Shown: piece by piece, positions 57,450 through 64,000 of the stretch
Numbering within the stretch: position 1 is the stretch's first letter
How the letters are laid out: each line of letters opens with the position of its first letter
Origin: Acidobacteriota bacterium
Lineage (GTDB): Bacteria > Acidobacteriota > Blastocatellia > RBC074
Direction: 5' to 3'
Assembly: GCA_018268995.1 (NCBI GenBank)
Contig: JAFDVL010000046.1
Coordinates: forward strand, 117,715 to 181,714
DNA length: 64,000 nucleotides
Translations under genes and position numbers: made by a program
Notes under the pieces: model-generated
The model's input: only the letters and a program-made list of their open reading frames with translations
The model's database searches: none
What the model was told of the DNA's origin: nothing

Positions 57450-60400
57450 CTAGGTTGCAATAATTTCTCGGACCAAATCATCAATTTCCTGCATCTCGAC
57501 GGTCATTTGATTTTTGATTTCAACGCGGAGGCGACCTAACCGACCGGGCGTCAAATCGCCTGCGGGTGGATTTGTGCGCAGGTATTGCGCGGCTTGTTGA
57601 TGCGCGGTTTCGCTTAACTGGGCAAGGCGCAAATGCACCTCATTGGCGGGATCAAAGCGCGGGAAATAAACATCAAGGATTTTTTTGTGGATGTCCCGCG
57701 CGCCAAATAATCCACGCGACTGAAAATCTTTCATCATTTCGTTGGGCGCAGATGAATTCAAAATTGCAGTCAAATAATAAGCCTCTTGTTGGTTGAATGT
57801 TTCGCAAACATAAGCCTTATGGTCAACGATAAATTCAAAATCATAATCGTTGCGATTGACGACGGTAGCGTTGGCATCTGTTGCCGAGGAATTGTAAAGC
57901 ACCAGATGTGGCGCATTGAGATTTTGTTCTGTTAATTTGCTTTGCCAATTCAGCCACGTTTTCAAAATCACATCTTGGTTGTTTTCGGTTTTGCGTTCTT
58001 CCCAAATTTTCTCCGCTGCGGCAAACCAGCGAGCTGTATGCAAAAAACCTTCTGCTCTTAACTCGTCCGCCGTGTGCAGCACAATCGCTTTATCGCCGTT
58101 GTCTTTTTGCCTGATGATGAGTGGCAGCGTGACAAGGTTGGGCTGAAAAAGCGTAAACGGCAAAATGCTTTTGGATAATGCCGTGCGAAAAAGAAAGCGG
58201 CTCTCGACGCGACCTTTGAGATCAATGTTTGTCCACGGTTTTTTGGCGTCAATCGTCGGAGAAGTTCTGATATTGATAATGCGGTCGGTAAAATCAGGCG
58301 GCAATTGTTGCGCAATGTCTACAAAATAAAACGAACGCGGCACAATCGTTGCACCTTGTTTGAAAGCATCTTTATAGGGATTCGGTTTGTTATCTTCGGT
58401 TGGATGTCGCAAAGAGAGCGCCGACGATTTGCCTTGCTCAACATAAAACCATTCGGCATTAATTTCGGAGAGTTTGGATTCGACTGCCTGCCAGTTGCAA
58501 TTGTTTACTGGCAACTTTCCGCTAAAAGATTTTCCGGCAAAAGTGCGCGGGCTTGCATTCGTCGTACTATTTTTCTCGGCGAATAAAACGCAACTTGGCA
58601 CGCGAAATAATGGCGCTACGCCGTCCAAATCCCACGCCCCTGTTAATGAAAAGCCTTTTGCTTTGCCGCTGCGTGTGTTGTCGTGATGATCCGCGCTGAA
58701 AAAGCTGCGTGGCAAAACAAACGCGATTTTGGCTCCATCAGAGTTGAGAAAATAGCTGCTGCAATAGGCCAGAAAAATTGCGGCAATTTCTAAATGTGGA
58801 TAATTCGCTTTGCGTTCAGGTTTCACGTCATATTCTTTGGCAAGCGTATCCAATACATTTTGATATTCCTGATTGCGAATTGAGCTGTACGTGAACCAAG
58901 GCGGATTGCCGATGACGTAATCGAATTTGTTAGCGAGAAAATAAGGCTTGTATAAGTTCTGTACGATGAATTTCCAAATGCTGTCGCGTCCGGCTTCCTT
59001 CACCTTTTTCAAGCCGCGATAAATTTCATAAAAGCTGTGCGCGATGGATTCAGGAATTTCGCTGCGATGGCATTGCGTTTTTAAGATGTTGGCGAAGGTT
59101 TTGAGTGATTCATCTTTGCGCTTTTGGGTTTGCGTTGCCAATTCTTCGCAGACGCTCAAGGCATCATCAAACAATGCCATATCCTCAAAAATATCCATCT
59201 GTAGCGCATAGCGATCTTTATCAATTTGCAGCAAAAATTCATTGCCGAACAGCGACTCTACGCCTTTGGGGGCGAGCAATGTGTTTGCCAAAACGATATT
59301 CAAATGGAGCGGCCTTTTAGCGTTGATGATTGCTTTTCCATACGCCAGGAGCAGCGTCGTTTTCGCAATTTGCACGGACAACGGGTGAATATCAATGCCG
59401 TGAATTTGTTCGTTGAGTTCTTCGATTGTGACATTGGCATGCAAGGTTTTGATCCGATGAATCACTGCACGTAAAAACGAACCGCTGCCGCAGGATGGAT
59501 CAAGAATTTTGTCAGTTGGTTTGAAATCAAATTCTCTGACCACCCGTTCACATAACCAATCAGGCGTGTAATATTCGCCGAGCGCGTGGCGCGTGTCCAA
59601 ATCAATTAATTCCTGATAGACGCCTTTCAGAATGTCTTCGTCAACATTATGAAAATCGAAGGCGGACAGTTCCTGCGCAATGAGTCGAAAGACCTGTTTG
59701 AGCGTTGGGAAACTTTGTTCGTTTTGAATCCAGTAATAAAAATCGTTCTCAACAAAATTGCTGATGTTGTAGCTCTGAAAAATCGAGCCATCAATAATCT
59801 CGCGCATTTCGTTGTCATCAATGTAATCGTCATTGGAGACAACCTTGTACGCCAGCATTTTGGCAAAGACGCTGAGATATGTGTGGATCAAAAAATTATC
59901 TTCCGTCGCCACATACGAACCATACGCTACGCTCAGGAAACGATTCCATTGCTCAAATGAAACCTGTATTTCGCCGCCGTCTCGGACAGCACGAAAATTC
60001 TTTTTCATTTCACGAAAGCACTGAATAAAAACGTAGCTTTGATAGCCGAACGCTTCCTCAATTCGTTTGAGTGAAGCCTTTTGCTTTTCTTCTTTGAAAA
60101 GAAAACGATCTATCCAGTAGTAAAAATCTTCTGTGTTGTATTCGGTCAATGTGAAAGACGCGCTTTCCACTTCATTTAGAATTAGCTCGTGTTCCTTGAG
60201 GGTTTCCAATTTATCCAGACAGGAAACATCCGGCGCGTACACTTTCCAAGTGATGAAATCCGAAGCAATCAATGTAAAATTATAGCCTTCGCCAGAATTG
60301 AACTGTCCTAACAAGTACCCCGCCAATTGTTCTTTCGCGTGGCTGAGCGTTTTCTTCAGGTCATTTTCAAACTCAATAATGATTTTATTGTAGAGCGTAT

Positions 60401-60608
60401 CCGCGCTACCGCGATGCATTTTGTCTTTGCGCGGGATGTTGACAATAGATGCTTCTGCCCCACTGCTAATGGCATCAATCACTTTTTTTGTTTCGGTAGT
60501 TTCAGCGTACAGGCGATTGAGCAAATCTTTGAATGCTTCTTTTTTGGTGAGTTCTTTATTGGCAGATTTTATCTTTTGCCGATATTCACGGATCAGTTCC
60601 AAATTCAT
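57450..60608 (-). CDS. MmeI-like Type IIL (IIG/IIC) single-chain restriction-modification enzyme: N-terminal nuclease, gamma-class N6-adenine methyltransferase, C-terminal target-recognition domain
   Basis: 1052 aa. Methyltransferase motif X-like LGEYYTPDWL, motif I ILDPSCGSGSFL, an MmeI-like segment QIHGIDIHPLSVQIAKTTLLL, and motif IV VIGNPPWF. The N-terminus has D-x9-E-F-E (SADTLYNKIIIEFENDLKK) at the position of the MmeI D-x9-E-x-K nuclease motif. No separate S or R subunit genes are present. Confidence 0.75.
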   Translation of the reverse strand: MNLELIREYRQKIKSANKELTKKEAFKDLLNRLYAETTETKKVIDAISSGAEASIVNIPRKDKMHRGSADTLYNKIIIEFENDLKKTLSHAKEQLAGYLLGQFNSGEGYNFTLIASDFITWKVYAPDVSCLDKLETLKEHELILNEVESASFTLTEYNTEDFYYWIDRFLFKEEKQKASLKRIEEAFGYQSYVFIQCFREMKKNFRAVRDGGEIQVSFEQWNRFLSVAYGSYVATEDNFLIHTYLSVFAKMLAYKVVSNDDYIDDNEMREIIDGSIFQSYNISNFVENDFYYWIQNEQSFPTLKQVFRLIAQELSAFDFHNVDEDILKGVYQELIDLDTRHALGEYYTPDWLCERVVREFDFKPTDKILDPSCGSGSFLRAVIHRIKTLHANVTIEELNEQIHGIDIHPLSVQIAKTTLLLAYGKAIINAKRPLHLNIVLANTLLAPKGVESLFGNEFLLQIDKDRYALQMDIFEDMALFDDALSVCEELATQTQKRKDESLKTFANILKTQCHRSEIPESIAHSFYEIYRGLKKVKEAGRDSIWKFIVQNLYKPYFLANKFDYVIGNPPWFTYSSIRNQEYQNVLDTLAKEYDVKPERKANYPHLEIAAIFLAYCSSYFLNSDGAKIAFVLPRSFFSADHHDNTRSGKAKGFSLTGAWDLDGVAPLFRVPSCVLFAEKNSTTNASPRTFAGKSFSGKLPVNNCNWQAVESKLSEINAEWFYVEQGKSSALSLRHPTEDNKPNPYKDAFKQGATIVPRSFYFVDIAQQLPPDFTDRIINIRTSPTIDAKKPWTNIDLKGRVESRFLFRTALSKSILPFTLFQPNLVTLPLIIRQKDNGDKAIVLHTADELRAEGFLHTARWFAAAEKIWEERKTENNQDVILKTWLNWQSKLTEQNLNAPHLVLYNSSATDANATVVNRNDYDFEFIVDHKAYVCETFNQQEAYYLTAILNSSAPNEMMKDFQSRGLFGARDIHKKILDVYFPRFDPANEVHLRLAQLSETAHQQAAQYLRTNPPAGDLTPGRLGRLRVEIKNQMTVEMQEIDDLVREIIAT

Positions 60609-60740
60609 AGCTTATGTTTTCTCCGAAGGTAAAGTTTGACAGTTGTGGGTTCGGATTGAACTGAAGAGGGTTTCTATCACGAAACTAAAACGAAACTCAA
60701 AGTAGATAGTTGCTGTTGCCAACGAAGTTGGTAAGTAAAT

Positions 60741-60950
60741 GTCGCTGAAAGCGACCGACAATATAGCCTGGCGAGGATCGCCAGGAAAGTTGCCACAGAG
60801 CATCTGCTCGCTGAAGGCGAGCCACAGTAAGTACGCCGAATTTCCTGCACTTTTGTGCGTCGCCTTCAGCGACAGATTCTTTTGGAATCATCACACCCAG
60901 CGATGCTCGCTGGGCTATATTGTGCGTCGCCTTCAGCGACTGTGTGACGT
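60741..60950. repeat. REP/BIME cluster 3
   Basis: GTCGCTGAAAGCGAC-CGACAATATAGCCTGGCGAGGATCGCCAGG at 60741-60785. CTCGCTGAAGGCGAG. GTCGCCTTCAGCGAC at 60870-60884. A reverse unit ACCCAGCGATGCTCGCTGGGCTATATTGTGCGTCGCCTTCAGCGAC ends at 60950. Confidence 0.7.
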
Positions 60951-61049
60951 TCAAATTTCATCTCTCTCTTGCCAATTCGCGGTTCGTCTCGTTAAATGAC
61001 AACCGCATTCCAAATACGTTCACTCGTAACCAAACAGACATGCAAACTT

Positions 61050-62807
61050 ATGAACCTTGCAACATTGTTTCGCAGAAAATCCGTTGAGCAAATTCAACTC
61101 GACGCCGCACGGGGCCTGGGCGATGGAGAAGGTGGCGGGGGGTTGAAAAAAGCGCTCGGCGTGGTAGACCTCACCGCACTTGGCATTGCTGCCGTGATCG
61201 GTGCCGGGATTTTTTCGACCATTGGCAATGCCGCGTACAACGGCGGGCCAGCGGTAGCATTTTTATTTATCTTCACCGCGATTGCCTGTGCGTTCGCTGC
61301 TTTGTGCTATGCCGAATTCGCTTCGATGATTCCGGTGGCGGGCTCGGCGTACACGTATGCCTATGCTTCGTTCGGCGAACTGGTCGCGTGGATCATCGGC
61401 TGGGATTTGTTGATGGAATACGCCATCGGCAACATCGCCGTAGCGATTTCATGGAGCGATTATTTTACGTCGTTGCTCGCGGGCTATGGCGTCAACATCC
61501 CGCAGTATTTGACGATGGATTTTCTAACGGCATCGCGCGGGTTCGACAAGGTAGATGCCTTGTTGAAGGCGGGACAAACGTTGGATCAAATCAATGCTAC
61601 GGAAGGGATCGGCAATGCCGTGGCCGCTCATCAGGCGTGGACAACTGCGCCAATACTCGGTGGCTTTCATTTGGTGTGTGACCTGCCCGCCCTGGTCATT
61701 GTGTTCATCATCACTGCCCTGGTGTTCGTCGGTATCAAAGAATCCAAGAACGCCTCGAACATTATGGTAGCGATCAAGCTGGCCGTGATCTTTTTCGTCA
61801 TCGTGCTCGGCGCGTTTTATGTGAAGCCGGGCAACTGGTCGCCCTTTGCTCCGAACGGCGTGGCCGGCGTGCTGAAAGGCGTGAGCGCCGTGTTCTTTGC
61901 CTACATCGGCTTCGATGCGATTTCGACGACTGCCGAAGAATGCAAGGACCCGCAGCGTGATTTGCCGAAGGGGATGATTTATTCGCTGATCATCTGCACG
62001 ATTTTGTACGTGCTGATTGCGTTGGTGCTGACGGGGATGGTCAGTTACAAAGAACTTGCTGTCGGCGATCCGCTGGCGTATGTATTTGCCAAAGTTGGCG
62101 CGAACTGGATTGCAGGCATCATCGCGATCAGTGCGGTGATTGCAATGGCAACCGTGCTACTGGTCTTTCAGCTTGGACAGCCGCGCATCTGGATGACAAT
62201 GAGCCGCGATGGCCTGTTGCCACCAATCTTTGCTGCAATTCATCCGAAATTCAAAACGCCGTGGTTTTCGACGATTGTGACGGGGTTAGTGGTAGCGATT
62301 CCGTCGCTGTTTATGAACCTGACCGAAGTCACCGATTTGACCAGCATCGGTACTCTCTTCGCTTTCGTGCTGGTGTGTGGCGGCGTGCTGTTGTTGCAAA
62401 ACAATCAAAACATCGAACGAAAATTCAGAGCGCCTTACATCAACTCAAAATTCATTGCACCTGCGTTGTTCATTCTGATCTGGCTCGGCTTTATTTTGTT
62501 CAAGCCCGAAGCGATTTCCTCGTTATTTGCGATGACTGACCCCGCGAATCCGACCGAAACCGGCTGGGAAGTCTTCAAGCATAAAATCCCGCTGCTCGGC
62601 TTTATCGTGATTGCGACGATTCTGGTGGTGCAATGCTTCCGTAAATCGTTGTCGTTGATTCCCGTGCTGGGCGTGCTGACGTGCGGATATTTGATGACAG
62701 AGCTTGGTTGGACGAACTGGTATCGGTTTGTCATCTGGCTAATGATTGGATTGGTGATTTATTTTCTGTATAGCTATCGGCACAGCAAATTGGCGAGAGT
62801 GTCATGA
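61050..62807 (+). CDS. APC-superfamily amino-acid permease (cationic amino acid transporter-like)
   Basis: Start taken at the ATG at 61050 (MNLATLFRRKSVEQ). The protein has 12-14 transmembrane segments and APC signature regions (GIAAVIGAGIFSTIG, FAYIGFDAISTTAEE). Confidence 0.85.
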   Translation: MNLATLFRRKSVEQIQLDAARGLGDGEGGGGLKKALGVVDLTALGIAAVIGAGIFSTIGNAAYNGGPAVAFLFIFTAIACAFAALCYAEFASMIPVAGSAYTYAYASFGELVAWIIGWDLLMEYAIGNIAVAISWSDYFTSLLAGYGVNIPQYLTMDFLTASRGFDKVDALLKAGQTLDQINATEGIGNAVAAHQAWTTAPILGGFHLVCDLPALVIVFIITALVFVGIKESKNASNIMVAIKLAVIFFVIVLGAFYVKPGNWSPFAPNGVAGVLKGVSAVFFAYIGFDAISTTAEECKDPQRDLPKGMIYSLIICTILYVLIALVLTGMVSYKELAVGDPLAYVFAKVGANWIAGIIAISAVIAMATVLLVFQLGQPRIWMTMSRDGLLPPIFAAIHPKFKTPWFSTIVTGLVVAIPSLFMNLTEVTDLTSIGTLFAFVLVCGGVLLLQNNQNIERKFRAPYINSKFIAPALFILIWLGFILFKPEAISSLFAMTDPANPTETGWEVFKHKIPLLGFIVIATILVVQCFRKSLSLIPVLGVLTCGYLMTELGWTNWYRFVIWLMIGLVIYFLYSYRHSKLARVS

Positions 62808-64000
62808 AAACCCGAATTTTATTGACGGTTATTGTTCTGCTGGCTTGTGTCAATGTGAGTTTTTCACAAGCCTCGCCCCCGCTTGGCAACAAGCCGGAAC
62901 GCGTGGAGTGGTTGCGCGATCTTGGCTTTGGGATGTTCATTCACTGGAATGTGGATGGCACACTGGGCGGTGTCATCAGCCATTCGATGGTGGGCGCATC
63001 CGAAGATTATTTGCAGCGGTACGTGAACGAACTGCCGAAACTCTTCAATCCCTACAAATACAAGCCGGATGATTGGGCAATGCTGGCGAAGCTGGCAGGA
63101 ATGAAATACGTCGTGTTCACGACCAAGCATCACGCGGGCTTTTGCATGTGGGATTCCAAAACGACGAGCTTCAATTCCATGAATACGCCGTATGGCAAAG
63201 ACATCACGAAGCAGCTTGTTGCAGCGTTTCGCCAGCAGGGAATTGCCGTGGGCTTTTATTTTTCACCCGATGATTTCTTGTGGCTTTGGAAAAACGGCAA
63301 GCCTGTCGCTCGCGCACCGCATCCGGGCGTGACGCCGCAGGAAAACAAGGCGTTGATGGAGTACGACAAAGCGCAGATCAAAGAGTTGCTGACGAACTAC
63401 GGCCCGATTGATTTCTTTTTCATTGACGGCCCGGCAGAAAGCTTGCGCGAATATTGCTGGGAACTGCAACCGAACATCGTCGTGACGCGTGGCGCGATTG
63501 CTACGCCGGAGCAATACATCCCCGGCTTACCGCTGGAAGGCGCGTGGGAAGCGAATCTGACGATGGGTACGGAATGGCCGTACAAGCCGACGAATGAAAC
63601 GTACAAGTCAGGGCAGGACTTAATTCGCACGCTCATTGAAACGCGTGCCAAAGGGGGAAATTTATTGCTGAATGTCGGCCCCAAACCCGATGGCGAATTG
63701 CCGATTCAACAGGAAGATCGGTTGCGCGAAGTCGCGTTGTGGATGTTCGTCAATCAGGAATCCATTCACGGCACTCGCCCGTGGAGCGTGACGAATGAAG
63801 GCGGCATCTGGTTCACGCGCAAAGGCGATACGGTGTACGCGATTGTGACCGATGCCTGGAAGTACGGCGATCCAAAAACGATGACGCTGAAAACCGTCGC
63901 GGCCACAAAAGACAGCGTTGTCAGCGTGTTGGGGCAAACGGGAGAGATTCTGGAATATCGCCCGCAAGTCGTGCCGCGTGCGAAGTGGGAACAGACTGCT
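62804..64000 (+). CDS. Alpha-L-fucosidase (GH29), secreted. It is partial and continues past the window end.
   Basis: The ATG at 62804 overlaps the permease stop (ATGA). The signal peptide is MKTRILLTVIVLLACVNVSFSQA. GH29 motifs are present (FGMFIHWN, VVFTTKHHAGFCMWDSK, LLLNVGP). The frame is open to 64000. Confidence 0.8.
   Translation, partial: MKTRILLTVIVLLACVNVSFSQASPPLGNKPERVEWLRDLGFGMFIHWNVDGTLGGVISHSMVGASEDYLQRYVNELPKLFNPYKYKPDDWAMLAKLAGMKYVVFTTKHHAGFCMWDSKTTSFNSMNTPYGKDITKQLVAAFRQQGIAVGFYFSPDDFLWLWKNGKPVARAPHPGVTPQENKALMEYDKAQIKELLTNYGPIDFFFIDGPAESLREYCWELQPNIVVTRGAIATPEQYIPGLPLEGAWEANLTMGTEWPYKPTNETYKSGQDLIRTLIETRAKGGNLLLNVGPKPDGELPIQQEDRLREVALWMFVNQESIHGTRPWSVTNEGGIWFTRKGDTVYAIVTDAWKYGDPKTMTLKTVAATKDSVVSVLGQTGEILEYRPQVVPRAKWEQTA

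Noticed and set aside
56321-60950. Possibility that the repeated 45-bp units form a CRISPR array
   Set aside because: The units occur in both orientations, with irregular spacing and degenerate copies. There are no cas genes, and the units flank an IS200-like RAYT. This fits REP/BIME clusters and not CRISPR.

Overview
This 64-kb window is GC-rich, densely coding bacterial chromosome and probably comes from an Acidobacterium. Three things point that way: two TonB-dependent receptors with N-terminal carboxypeptidase-regulatory-like domains, a VWA protein that resembles the Acidobacteria-specific VWFA family (TIGR03436), and a TPR protein next to an ASPIC/UnbV protein. Gene calls rest on ORF length and reading-frame context, on motifs I recognise in the translations, and on start/stop overlaps; no database was searched.

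What the window contains:
1. A partial and a complete TonB-dependent receptor (1-2883, 10330-13917).
2. A translationally coupled, all-secreted operon of two TPR proteins, a 7-heme c-type cytochrome and a VWA protein (4481-10219).
3. A fructan/sucrose utilisation locus (14395-22235) with two sugar ABC permeases, a GH32 enzyme, a solute-binding protein, an ATPase and a second beta-propeller glycoside hydrolase. A PIN/UPF0175 toxin-antitoxin pair and a 168-bp element with perfect 36-bp terminal inverted repeats are embedded in it.
4. A TPR protein plus an ASPIC/UnbV FG-GAP protein, a MEMO1-like protein, aat, and a membrane CadC/ToxR-like regulator with a TolB-like beta-propeller sensor.
5. The most unusual region is a 14-kb, five-gene, single-strand cluster of secreted DUF11 (conserved repeat domain) proteins (30495-44574). 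It includes two tandem paralogues with near-identical C-termini and a 2065-aa protein whose C-terminal ~900 residues look like a large outer-membrane beta-barrel. It is a candidate undescribed surface-structure or adhesin assembly locus.
6. Housekeeping and miscellaneous genes: lolA, a HAD phosphatase, a J-domain protein, GrpB, a ROK glucokinase, acpS, an EEP-family protein, GGT, a response-regulator receiver, a second ROK protein, an FKBP, a NIPSNAP protein, an APC permease and a partial GH29 fucosidase.
7. A decayed Doc toxin (start codon lost, in-frame TAG) next to an intact antitoxin.
8. An IS200-like REP-associated tyrosine transposase (RAYT) flanked by REP/BIME clusters. The same repeat clusters bracket an MmeI-like Type IIL restriction-modification enzyme.
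9. A second palindromic CAGAG-rich repeat family at two gene 5' ends, and three tandem 27-bp dyad repeats inside a hypothetical gene.

No rRNA, tRNA or CRISPR array was recognised.
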